This document shows, piece after piece, positions 13,916 through 26,191 of a DNA stretch of 64,000 nucleotides. The position numbers were made by a program, and so were the translations under genes. The notes beneath the pieces were generated by a model. The model was not told the origin of the DNA, made no database searches, and was given only the letters and a program-made list of their open reading frames with translations. This stretch comes from Octopus bimaculoides (lineage: Eukaryota). Each line of letters opens with the position of its first letter. The first letter of the stretch is position 1. The stretch covers positions 72,676,775 through 72,740,774 of the forward strand of contig NC_068981.1 in NCBI RefSeq assembly GCF_001194135.2. The letters are read 5' to 3'.

Positions 13916-14088
13916 GAACTGGCAGAATCGTTAACACGCCGGGTAAAATGTTTAGCGACATTTCGTCCGTCTTTACAGAGAACCTAGTCTTTCATCATTT
14001 CGGGGTCGATAAATTAAGTACCAGTGGTCGATGTAATCGACTAGTCCCCTCCCACTGAACATCAGTCCTTGTACCTTTAGTAGAAAGG

Positions 14089-14155
<67 letters not shown>
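13915..14155 (+). mobile_element. SINE family A with long (ATT)n tail
   Basis: In-window homology; internal deletion. Confidence 0.85.
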
Positions 14156-14156
<1 letters not shown>

Positions 14157-14725
14157 CGATCATTATGATTTCCTGGGTCTTACCAATCCGTTTATGGCTA
14201 GTTGCTTTTTTTTTTAATTATTTCAAAGGATGTATAGTACGGAATGTAATTAGTTAGCTAGAACTGAGACATAAACCAGATAGTCTCAACGGCATCAATA
14301 ATATATGTGAATTTATGAACGATCGAAATTCCGATCATCCAATTACTGAACTTATGTTCTCTTTGTACCTTTGTGCTTTAACCCAAAACGTTTATTTATT
14401 TAGTGTCTTTCTTTTTTCACGCTATAAATTTTCGGATATAGATTTTATTGATATTTTCTTAATTCAAAAGAGGAACAGACATGAACTTATTAGCGTCCGT
14501 TTTCTCACCTAAATACTCCGGGAACAGAAGTGAAAACAAGTATTTATTCCATTTTGTATGAAAAAAATATTCATAGGTTGGAGAGTTCTATTAGGAAAAT
14601 TCAAAGCAGATTAGGAACCATGATTTATTTCTCGGCAACTTTTCGATAGACAGTCGAGAAAGTATATAAGCAAAGCTGCTAGTTCTAAGATCTCTGTAAG
14701 AGATCAACGCAGTAGTTGTACTAAC

Positions 14726-15107
14726 AAGTAACATTCGAAGCCACTTCAACATGACTGTCCGTTCGAGCGGACTCTACTGCGATTTTTTTTTAACGCCAAG
14801 AGGACATCTCCTGTAGCTTGTTAACGATGTAGAGCTGCATCCGATAAATTGTGAGCAGGGGAGCTACTGCCATCTCTAGCAGACGAGATGTCCAGTACAG
14901 AAAGTGTGGTAGAAATAGCCCGAAATCAGGACTGGTCTGCTGATCTCGTCCCTAGAAGGTGGTAGGGGATCGCTCCCCTTCTCGCAATTTATCGGATGCA
15001 GTTCTGTATCGTTAACCAGCTAGAGGAGATGACCTCTTAGGCTTAAAAGATTGTAGTAGAGTCCGTTCGAGTGGACAGCCATGTTAAAGTGGCATCGAAT
15101 ATTACTT
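14726..15107. mobile_element. Foldback MITE with imperfect inverted arms of about 165 bp
   Basis: aagtaacattcgaagccacttcaacatgactgtcc.. versus ..ggacagccatgttaaagtggcatcgaatattactt; related copy at about 45140-45456; no TSD confirmed. Confidence 0.85.
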
Positions 15108-15544
15108 TATATTTGGTAATTCGAGTAAGAATTTTAAACGAACGAATCACAGCAAACATGTGAGTTATTCATATTTCAATTCGTAGCATTTGCGGAAATA
15201 CTTCCTATCGCTATAGCACAACATAGAGTGGATCTATCATACCGAAACGACTCAACCAATCTACAGAGGTGAATTGGCTGAATCTTTAGAACGTCGGATA
15301 AAATGGTTTACGCGATTTGTTCTGGCCTTTTACGCATCGAACTGATAAGATGGTGTCGTTTTTTTTTTATAAAGAAAACGGTTTCGTGAAACCATTCTAC
15401 AAAACTTCTATAGCAAATATCGCTTGTCAAGGAAGTCATCAAGTGTCGTTCGTTGAGGCATTTTTCTGAAAAATTTTTCTGTTGTTATGGTTTTCAGAAA
15501 CAAATGAACTTTTCCATTACCTTCCAGTACTATCTGTGTGTTTA

Positions 15545-15730
15545 TTGTTGTAGTTTAACCTCTGGTCAGTCTTAAATCGAGCAAACGTGCTGTCTAATGT
15601 CACCCAGTCATGATCAACAACTTATTTGCTTGTTTAGTACATCTAGAACTACATTATCAAACATTCTCTTTCCGGTTTTAAGATGGTATGATATGATATT
15701 AAGAAAAATATAGCTGCTCTGTCTAGCAAC
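15545..15730 (-). mobile_element. Old SINE-like repeat (family D, tail ..gctaaacaacaac)
   Basis: Diverged similarity to 52790-52988 and 44200-44330. Confidence 0.45.
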
Positions 15731-16516
15731 TTCTATGACCACGCAGAAGGCGTTCCAGAATATTCACTCGCTTGTTACGATATAAAGAAATGTTCTGTGT
15801 TATTTTTTCTTATCCCATTGTGGAATAGGTTTCTATAAATCGACACAACATAGAAAACTAATATTAAACACAGAGAGGCGAAATCATTTGTTGAACATTT
15901 GCACACGCGGACAGAATAAAACCGGATGCGAACTAATTGTAAAGGATTGTCTATAATAGCTGATTTTGAGGCACAAAATAACAATCAACAATAACACCAG
16001 CAATAAACAACTGACAGTCGGTGGCCTACGCTATCACTTATCTTACTAAACATCACAGCCAAACCTCTCTCAAAACACAACATAAAATATTGAAATAAGC
16101 ACATTGCCAAATGTAGAAAAGCCTGAATTGCCGCAGTTAGAAAATATTCGATCATAAGCTATTTAACAAAATCGATATCAGCGTGTTTATCTTCCTCAGC
16201 CCTGGAATCCACAATAACGGGTGCAGACGTGGTCGTGAGTTTCAGAAGTTCTTTTCGCAATATAATAGTTTCAGTTTCATTTCCACTGTGTTATCTTAAG
16301 TACTTTTCTTCTCTCATAGCTTTGGATCAACGAAATTTAATAGATGGGACTTTCTGCCTGCCGAAATAACCTTTCCTGTTCTTCGAAGTTAGACTTAACC
16401 CGTCATTCATTTTAACCTTAAATCTAACACCTGAGTGCTGGTAACAGAGTCCTGTGTTAGGCAACATTCTGGCCAGGTCCCTCGTGTGAGGATAATTTTC
16501 TCTCTCCAGATCTACC

Positions 16517-16569
<53 letters not shown>

Positions 16570-16872
16570 CACCTTTTGGCATTACTTGTTTCTGTCATTA
16601 GACTGTGGGCATGCTGGTCTCACTATATTTTTCTAAGCCATATACTTATTCCATCGGTCATATTTCACATTTTATTTATTAACAGCGGCCTGTCGACGGA
16701 ATCTCATTCCATTCAGTACCAAAGCTTGATATAACATATGTAACCTAGTTAGTAGGCATACAAAAAGGTCAAGGCAACTTTGACTGTTGTACTGTGTGTA
16801 CGTGTGTGTTTGTCTGTGTGTATGTGTGTATGTATGTATGTATGAATGTATGTATGTATGAATGCATGTATG

Positions 16873-16949
<77 letters not shown>

Positions 16950-17175
16950 ATACATATATGTATGTATATTGATGGATAGATATATCATTTCTCATTTCAT
17001 TATATACTTGTTATTCATCTATTTTCATTTATTTTAAAATTTCACCCTATCAACATTTTCACTTTGATTTTGATTGAGAATTACATTAAGAGTTCATGTG
17101 TCTCTGGAATACTCAGCTTTTTACACGTTTATTCCACGATTATGAATTCGGTTTCTCAAACAAACAAATGCTCAC

Positions 17176-17263
17176 CGTCGAGACCGACGGAAAATTTCTC
17201 GTGTTCAACTGCTATTTCTGTATTTATTACTGTATGAAGGATTTCTGAATAGAAGCGCTGCCA
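17176..17263 (-). CDS. Candidate exon (WQRFYSEILHTVINTEIAVEHEKFSVGLD)
   Basis: Pyrimidine tract plus ttaag acceptor, G/GTGAGC donor, only one open frame, phase-compatible with 21365-21456. Confidence 0.45.
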
Positions 17264-17362
17264 CTTAAGACAGAGAATGTAGAAAATGTGGATATGTGCC
17301 AAATTTACAGTGAAAGGCGTTGGCTGAAAGGATTGTTTAAATATGAGTATGCATGCGTATGC

Positions 17363-17422
<60 letters not shown>

Positions 17423-18146
17423 AACAGAGATAGAGATAGAGACAGAGAGACAGAGAGAGGGAGAGGGAGAGTAATTAAACCCATACCATGGTTTCACATA
17501 TATATCTAAATGGATCCCAGCGATCCACCCTCGATAGACAACGAAATTAGTTCTAACTCGGGTGTACAAGCCCTGAGGTTTGTTGCTAGTCGGTAGGATA
17601 GCTTCCTGAAACCCTACTAAGGATATAATTACTTACAATCATATACACGTATACCCAAGCACATATATATCTGTAGATATAGCTGTCTGCTTGTCCCCAC
17701 CTCTCTCTCCCTCTCTGCATATGTCTATGTATATGAATGTGTATATGAATGTGTGTGATTCGGTGTGTTTCTCTACTTTGTGAAGGAAGATATTTTAGTC
17801 ACTCCCCTGTCTTTTCCAGATGAAGGTAGACAGGCATACTAATTGTCAATTATAACATCCCCCCCCCCCACAGAAATTATATTTTACTAAAACTAAGCTA
17901 GGTATCGCATTCCTCAACGATAGTTTTATACTTTATATTTTTATATTTTTAATGATCGTGACTATCTTTACACAATTATAACAGACATATCAGCCAAACT
18001 AGCAACACAGTAAAATCGGCTGTGTATGGAACAATTTTCACAATAGTAAAACACTATCATACTGGAATACAATCTCTTTCCAAAATGGATAACTATCTAC
18101 ACAAACACAAATGCAGAATACACAACAAAGCAGGCAGATAAAATAC

Positions 18147-18191
<45 letters not shown>

Positions 18192-18218
18192 ATGTCTGTC
18201 TGTCTGTCTGTCTCTCTG

Positions 18219-18299
<81 letters not shown>

Positions 18300-18786
18300 A
18301 ACTCACAAACACAATTCCATTTTAGATTTTAGATTTTAGATTTTAATGTACACGTTTATATATGTATATATATATTTTATATATATCATTTCAATCATTT
18401 CAAAGTTTCAGCTCAGAGCTGCGGCCATGCTGACGTCATGAGAATTTCATTAACTTTCGAGTTAGAACATGAAATAATTCTCTATCTGTAATATTATTAA
18501 TTCTCGAAAAACATCACATGAACCTATATATAGTAGCAAGTAAATACTGTGTTAAAAACCCCTTTGGATGTAAAAAGCACACTTTTCTAAACAAAGGCAT
18601 TTTTCAACCCAATATTTACATGCTACTATTTATAGATTCAAGTGATCGGTTTCGAGAACCAACATTTCAAAAAAAAATTATTTCATGGTCTCTGAAAAGT
18701 TAAAAAATTTTTACGAAATCACCTATGTGTGTGTGTGTGTGTGTGTCTTTTGTATGTTTGTGTGAATAAGTGTGTATCTTTATATA

Positions 18787-18837
<51 letters not shown>

Positions 18838-19724
18838 ATATGCGGAGGAGTATGCATATATACTATGTATATGAATTTCAATATACGTGAATCCGAGAAT
18901 AGTTCATTTGCGTGTATGTGTGTTCGTAAGAGACATTCTGACTTTCATGACTCTCTCAAGGGCATTATATGTGAACTGAATGACTTCTACCAGCTCACCG
19001 AAATTAAGACATATCTACTTCCTAAGTTTGAATAATTAAAATATGGAACCACAATATTAGATGTAAAGGGGTTAAAGCTAAGTATTTTGATTCAATTAGA
19101 CATATGTTCTGTCAAAGTAAAAGAGAAAACTTTAAAACTATCTTCTGTAAGACTTTTCATCTATTAAGCTGATGTTCATGAACTTTGGACTGACTTTGAC
19201 GAGATCTACACTTCCTACTAATACAAATTATTTTTCAACAATTTTTCTCTAAAGCGCAAATATCTCGTTTCATGTGCATAATATATCTCTGCGCTCCGCT
19301 TTTACAAAGATAAGTTCGCCATGTTGCACTCTGCATTCAACTTCTTTTATAGAAATAGTGGCTGCTTCAGCGTAGAATCAACAGTCTTAATCATTTACCT
19401 ATCTCATGAATAGGATTCAGTAGTGAAAGCTTCCAGTTCCTCTGGCTCATATTTCTGTTCGCTGGTTCTCTACGTTTATATACTGTGCGTAACGCCCTTC
19501 GATCTCCTCGATACACTAGCGGCAGTTCGTTTAAGTATAACCCTCGGCATCTCGCACAACATTAAAAAGGTTACAACCCGAAATCACTGGGCTGGGGTGG
19601 GGAATGTTCTTAAAACTGTAAATTAAAAAAAAATTCCAATTGCGTACTTGTAGTGATGGGTCACATTGAATCAAAAAGGAAATGCTGAAATCGTGGTTCT
19701 CCTGACCACATATCTTCCTACGCT

Positions 19725-19922
19725 TCTTTAGGCACAAGGCCTGGACTTTTGCCGGGAGACTTTTGTCCATTACATCGACTCCGGTGCTTGATTGTTACTT
19801 ATTTTATCGGCCCCAAAAGAATGAAAGGCGAAGTCGGTCTTAGCGGAATTTGAACTCAGAACGTAAAGCCAGAAGAAATGTCGCTTACTACTTTGTCCGG
19901 TGTGCTAATGATTCTACTACCG
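19725..19922 (-). mobile_element. SINE family A
   Basis: In-window homology. Confidence 0.8.
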
Positions 19923-20533
19923 TAAGGAGGAGAAAAAGGAGGAGTGTGAAAATAAGGGAGAAGATAACATGCGAACCAGTTTAGTATTGGTTGAATTTAC
20001 TTCCGTCAAAAGATAGGTTATGTATATTTTACAATAACCTTTTCCTTCCCGATAATACTAAAGGTACAATAGGTTCTACTTTTCTACTCAGATAGTCCTG
20101 AATACTTTTTAAGTTTTAAATAACACTAACGCTACACCCAATCCACTAACATCCGCTTGAAACATAAACACACAGACAAGCATACAAACATCAACTGACC
20201 CTCTACGAAGTAAAAAAGAAGAATAAATCTTTGAAGATTGCTGCAATGTTTGATAAGCATAAATAGAAATAATCCGTTATTCAACGAACTGAACGGTGAA
20301 ATAAAGCGACTATTTTATACTTCGAATGCGTCATTGTAAAACTGAAATGGCATCCGAAAATTATGTCAACTTCAGCAACAAATAAACAAAACACGCCCTG
20401 AATGATGTAAGTTGAAGTAAGGCATTGTTTTTTGCTTGTTTTTCTAAACCTTCCTCCGTTTTAAATTTCTGTCTGCCTGCCTGCCTGCCTACCTACCTAC
20501 CTACTTACTTACCTAAATACATACATACATACA

Positions 20534-20960
20534 TACTGGTCGACTGTACCAGTGAAGACCTCAGTGAAATGTAAGCACAACAGACCTGATATAATGATTT
20601 GGGATAGAGAAGAGAAACTGTGCAGAGTTGTGGAAATTAGCTGCCCAGCGGATGTTAACATAAAACTGAAGATCAGTGAAAAAGAGAACACCTACGCTGA
20701 GCTATTGAGAAATCTGCAGTTACTCTATCCAGATTACAAGTTCAGGTTTATACCTGTAATTATTGGGGCCCTGGGATATGTAACACACTGCCTAAATATC
20801 AATCTTGAGAAACTGGGCTTCTTAGGGCCAGAGAGAAGAAGGTTAATTCGAAGGCTACAGATCCAATCCATCACTGGAACTGTAAAATCTATAAAACTTT
20901 CCACAAGGTTATCATTTAAATATATATGAGCATGTCTAGATATGTAATTATATGCATGAG
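20534..20960 (+). mobile_element. 5'-truncated RLE-type non-LTR retrotransposon (restriction-like endonuclease domain) embedded in (TACA)n
   Basis: YWSTVPVKTSVKCKHNRPDIMIWDREEKLCRVVEISCPADVNIKLKISEKENTYAEL..FIPVIIGALG: RPD..E..K (PD-(D/E)XK) motif of R4/R2-like elements; TACA repeats on both sides. Confidence 0.9.
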
Positions 20961-21364
20961 AATACATACAAATCTACACATACATACATAAATACATATA
21001 TACATACATACATACATACGTACATACATGCATACATATTTACATACATACAAACAAAAATATACTATTGTTGATGCTGAAATTCCAATGAAGGAGCCTT
21101 GAATCTAGGTTAGAAACCGGTTCTTTCTCTATTAGCAAGAAATTTTGAAATAAACTGAATAATGACATACTTAATACATTCATACATACATGCTTTCGTA
21201 TACGTACATACACCCAACCACCCACACACAAAGACATACGTACATACATACATACATACATATGTAGGTACGTACTTACATACGTACATTCATATAGATA
21301 TATTCAGTGCGTATATACTGGCAAAAATGCGCGTGTGCAACAAAACATGAAACACTTGTCTTAC

Positions 21365-21456
21365 CTTAGGAAGAACATTAGAAAATGAACAACCCAGATT
21401 AAGGATAATGCAGTACCCAGGTTTCAGACTTTTCAAATACGTTTCACAACGTAAAT
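21365..21456 (-). CDS. Candidate exon (DLRCETYLKSLKPGYCIILNLGCSFSNVLPK); alternative longer acceptor at 21484
   Basis: AAG/GTAAGA donor; acceptors aatcag (21457) or ttgtctag (21485); the long form contains an in-frame TAA at 21461-21463. Confidence 0.4.
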
Positions 21457-21559
21457 CTGATTAGTCCTCATCAGCTGCATTCACCTAGACAACATTTCAA
21501 ATGTTGCTACATATATCATTTATCTGTAATATAATATGTGACAATTATTCAGTTGCCGT

Positions 21560-21620
21560 AATAAGACTCCGAGTTTCGGATGTCGGGGCAGAAAACTGCT
21601 CCGGCATCTCGTCAGTTATC
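21560..21620 (-). ncRNA. Type I hammerhead ribozyme-like motif (probably a Penelope-type end)
   Basis: gataa-CTGACGA-gatgccggagcag tttt ctgccccgacatc-c-GAAA-ctcggag-TC-ttatt: core, long stem II, short stem III, GUC site and 5-bp stem I. Confidence 0.7.
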
Positions 21621-21752
21621 GATGAGTGACGATATANNNNNNNNNNNNNNNNNNNNNNNNNNNNNNNNNNNNNNNNNNNNNNNNNNNNNNNNNNNNNNNN
21701 NNNNNNNNNNTGTGTGTGTGTGTGTGTGTGTGTATGTGTGTGTATATATATA

Positions 21753-22001
21753 GTTGTGTTTTTGGGCCAGACACTTTACTTCATGTTACTCCAGTCCACT
21801 CAGCTGGCAAAAATGAGCTTTATCTATAATTCAAAGGGATAGTCTTGTCACAGTTTGTGTCACGCTGAATTTTCCTGAGAACCTTGTTAGGGGTACAAGT
21901 ATCTATAGAGTGCTGAGCCACTTGCACGTTAATTTCACGAGCAGGCTGCTCTGTTGGTCAGGTCAACTGGAACCCTTGTCGTCGTAACCGACGAAGTACC
22001 A
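21753..22001 (+). mobile_element. SINE family B, 5'-truncated
   Basis: In-window homology. Confidence 0.85.
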
Positions 22002-22249
22002 GATTTTGAAAAATATTTATAATTCTAATTATATTTTTATTTAAACTAGTAGTAATCTTCAGAAGCTGGGCTTTTCGGGTAAAGAAAGTAACCAGCTAAT
22101 ACTCACTTTCCCAATACACTCTGTAAGAGGAATGATGAAAAATACTCAAAGTTCAACGTGTAACGGTGTTATCTAGCTCCTAGCAGTGGACCTTATCTTC
22201 TGTGTTAGAAAGCAGTTCCTTCTTGATATCTTTTACATTTACTTTTTAT

Positions 22250-23015
22250 CTTTATTTGCTTCAGTCACTTAACTGCAGCCATGCTGGGTTCCACTTGAAA
22301 ATTATAGTCCTATGAACCGACGCCACTACTTATTTTCTTAAAGCTTAATATCTATTCTATCCGTGTGTTTCCCGAAACGCTAAATCACGGGGACGTAAAC
22401 AAGTCAACACCGATTGTCAAACGGTGGTTGGTAGCAAAAACAAAAAAGACACACACACTCGCACATACACACACACACACACATATACATATATACTTTG
22501 GCAAGTGTCTTCTACTATAGCCTCGGTCTGACCAAAGTCTGGAAAGTGGATTTGGTAAATGGAAACTGAAAGGAGCACGTCAAGTACATTTATGCATGTG
22601 TGCGCTGTGTGTGTGCATGTGTGTGCGTGCGTGTGTGCGTGCGTGTGTGTGTGTATATCTGTCTGTCTGTCTGTCTGTTTGTCCGTAAACTTGCATTTCG
22701 GCAAAAGAGTCCAATAGAAAAAGTATCAGGCTTAAAAGTAAAATAAGTACTGGGGTCGTTTCGTTCGACTAAAATCCTCGAAGTCGGTGCCCCAGCATGG
22801 CCGCAGTTTAATGATTGAAACAAGTAAAATATAAAAGATACGAACGCTTTCTTTCAGAGTCCATCTATCAAATCCACTCACAGGTCGACTTTGGTCGGCT
22901 CGGAGTTATATTAGAAGACACTTGCTCAAGGAACCAGGCTGAACCAGAGATTGAACCAGGGACTGAAACCGATCCATGTGGTTGAAAACCAAACTTCTTA
23001 CCTCACAGTAACGCC
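22250..23015 (-). mobile_element. SINE family C (minus) with a second, plus-strand C copy (about 22497-22840) nested in its central microsatellite
   Basis: Order of pieces: 3' half (-), CA repeat, inner copy (+), 5' half (-). Confidence 0.75.
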
Positions 23016-23439
23016 TGAAGAATTCAAATAATTAAAAAAGAAAGATAACGTGTAATCAGACTGGCATATGTGTACGCTGATAGAGAATCGGGTAGATATA
23101 GCAATGTGCATAAGTTCCCAGATGTAATACCAGATAAATATATGTATATATGGAACGTAACCATGCAGAGATTTAAATATACATCAGCTCACTAGTTCTT
23201 TCAGTCTTTCTCTCTCCCCGCTATTTTCTCTGTGTGTATTTTGAAGTAAATACCAATAAAAATATGTACTGAGTCATATAGACACTCACATGTAAATATA
23301 TAAAACTAGATTGTTCGCAGACACCTTTAGGAATGTTATTGTATAAGTGAATACACGACATATAGATACAAGTGTGTGCCTACGTTTCTGTGTGCTGTTA
23401 TGTATGTATGTATATGTATATATATATATATAAATATAT

Positions 23440-23770
23440 GCGCTGGAGTGGGTGTGTGGCAAGCAGTTTGCTTACCAACCGCATGGTTCCGGGTTCAGTC
23501 TCACTGCGTGGCAAAGCCATGTAAGTGGATTTGGTAGACGGAAACTGAAAGAAGCCCGTCGTAGATATGTATGTATGTGTTTGTGTGTCTGTGTTTGCCA
23601 CCCTCCCCTCGCAACCATCGCGTGACAACCAATGTTGGTGCGTTTTCGTTTCTGTAACTTAGAGATTCGGCAAAACAGACCGATAGAATAAGTACTAGGG
23701 TTACAAAGAATAAGTCCCACAGGCGGTACTCCAGCATGGCCACAGTCAAATGACTGAAACAAATAAAAGA
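23440..23770 (+). mobile_element. SINE family C with internal deletions
   Basis: Head ggagtgggtgtgtggcaagcagtttgcttaccaacc..ggttccgggttcagtc; tail cagtcaaatgactgaaac. Confidence 0.9.
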
Positions 23771-25101
23771 ATTTAAAAAATATATATATATTATATGTAT
23801 TCGTTCATATATATTTAAGCAAAAATACGTATGCGTTCATATTCATATTGCTTGAATGCCTCTTTGAGGTGTTCTTATATGGCAATGTGCATTCAAATTT
23901 AGAGAAAGAGAACCATTTTAAAAGGAACTTTATATATTCTATAGAAAAGAAACCAGGTTATTATAGAAGCAATTACGACAGAGGAACATCAGTTGCAAGG
24001 AACTTTGTTTTCCTGTAGATTAGTAAAGAAATGTTGATGTGGCCGCCCTAATTTAGACTTATAGGATTAACTATACTTAGTATTCAGATATTGCTATGCT
24101 GGATAATCATAGTTTCCATTACAAATTCATATATAAATTAATCTTATCTACTCTCAGAATTAGTTACTGTAAAACGAAATATCCTTATATTCAACGGCAT
24201 GTTATTGAGACTGTAATTTAGCTAACATCTCAAGTTACTATGATGGAATATTTTCAGCTGATGTTATATACCGGAAATATTTATCAGATGTTATATAACT
24301 GGGATGATCTTAGTTACATGTTTAAGGAATTAGCCGTGAATATGATAAACTTCAATATTTCAAATTGATTGTATACATTTACTTTATTAGTAATTTTTTT
24401 TGTATTGCATAAAGATGATCTATTATCAGTGACCAACTTAACTGATTATTTTGTCCTGTGACAAGTAAATTAAAGTGCAAGCCGTTCCGGAAAAAATAAT
24501 GTCAGTTCATAGAATCTTTTTGATTAACAGCAACTTGTAACACAACAGAAAAGCTTTGAATTTCGCGGAAAGCATTTTTTAAAATTTAAAGCTGTATCGT
24601 GTGAAATATGGATTACGTTTATATTTTGTTGTGTTTCTTATTTTTAGCTATGTCTCTACTATAATCATCCCATATTCCAAATCGTTTCATTATCAAAATA
24701 ATGTTTGTTATTCATAAATAAGGAAAGACTGTCAGTTGTTGATTAAATAAGACTTAAACAACAATTATGCATGGAGTCAATTCTGTTTTCCTACACCTAA
24801 GGTTGGTAGCCAAAACCACATACACACATAAACACACTTGCTAGCCTCGCATGCATACATTCATATACATAAAAATAGCAAACATTTCGACTTGGCAATT
24901 TCTACATGTAGGAGTCTTCTCCGCTTATGTACACAAAAGTGTTTATTTCTTAGATATAAAGTCAAAATTTCATATAAGTAAATCCCAGGAAATTGTCAGC
25001 TCTTTAAAACGGTATTGCCCTTTCACTTCCTAGACATTTCCTATTAATCACATGTTTTGCCCAAAACGTTCTTCACTCGTGTCTTCAGACAAACAGCTCA
25101 C

Positions 25102-25108
25102 TTGTTTT
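25102..25108 (-). CDS. Candidate 7-nt micro-exon (AAAACAA)
   Basis: cacgtctctttacacag acceptor directly followed by 7 nt and a GTGAGC donor. Confidence 0.15.
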
Positions 25109-25619
25109 CTGTGTAAAGAGACGTGTCCTGACTTTATTATTTTTTATTCTTTGTATAGTAAAATTATAAACGCGCCTCGGTACCTTTCGCATGAACCAAT
25201 GTTAGAAGATAGAGAACACTAGCAAACTATAGAAAGTAGTATAGAATTAAAAATCAAATGAAAACTTGAGACTAAAACTAACTTGTATATAGAAATTAAT
25301 TTTAGAATGACAGTAATAGACAATTTTCAGAAAATATTTATCGTTAATTAAAAATTCAATCGGGAATGTGTCATTTCAACATTAATCTTGCACGTTTGTT
25401 AATAACTTCATTATGTAGAACGCTATGCGAGAGATGGATCTTCTGCTGAAGCAAAGTGTATAAGAGCAGTCATGATTATAAGGTTATTAAGTTAGATTGT
25501 CAGAGAAGTTTTCTCATCATAATTACTGAATTAAGACACATAAGTGGTAGACAGAGTGGAATACTAATACATACTAATATAGGCGGTCACCTAATCTACG
25601 ACAAATAACAGCCAGATCT

Positions 25620-25965
25620 TCGAATTACATCTTGCTGCCCCTTATTGCAAAAAGCATGAACAGAGTTAGCAATGTATTTTCTGATATACAAAAAGAAGTG
25701 GCTTGGTTGGGATGCCTTTGATCATGGGTCTGCTCAGTGACCGCACATCTTCAACAAAACCCCAAATTGCATTAGAGTGGCTGGATGTTCTACCCAAGTC
25801 AGAGATTATTTCATCACCCAACAACTACAAACTCTCTACAGTTCATGTTAGACGCACAGTAGAGTACTGCTGTACTACATCCACATCTAGGATAGTAATG
25901 CTGTTACACAAACCAACATCCTGGATCACATTCAAAGAAAGATTTATCAGCTGATTGGTATGAAA
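25620..25965 (+). pseudogene. Degenerate CR1/L2-like LINE RT C-terminal fragment
   Basis: Frameshifted LSTVHVRRTVEYCC..NILDHIQRKIYQLIG resembles the LYK..VRP.LEYC..W..LDR.QR.A.RLI motif. Confidence 0.5.
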
Positions 25966-26093
25966 TCGCCACCATTCTAGGTTAATCTCTGGTCCACAGT
26001 CGTGCTGTTTTATCTCTCTACCATCCAGTTATCTCTAGTGTCTCGCATTAATCTTTCTTTGAATGTTGTCCTTCTGGAAATTCTCTCTCTCCA

Positions 26094-26191
<98 letters not shown>

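Noticed and set aside
16320-16390. Plus-strand candidate exon FGSTKFNRWDFLPAEITFPVLR with a good acceptor
   Set aside because: Isolated, weak donor, no partner exons found on that strand; it also shows the false-positive risk for the minus-strand candidates.
19397-19540. Protein-like minus-strand stretches (IEEIEGRYAQYINVENQ; YEPEELEAFTTESYS) before a GTAAAT donor
   Set aside because: They lie in different frames with stops and no clear acceptor; could be a decayed exon or transposon, unsupported.
21437-21478. Second CTGATGA..GAAA motif near the 21560 hammerhead, suggesting a tandem retrozyme unit
   Set aside because: Stem II and stem I do not pair convincingly, and the segment overlaps a candidate exon; probably chance.
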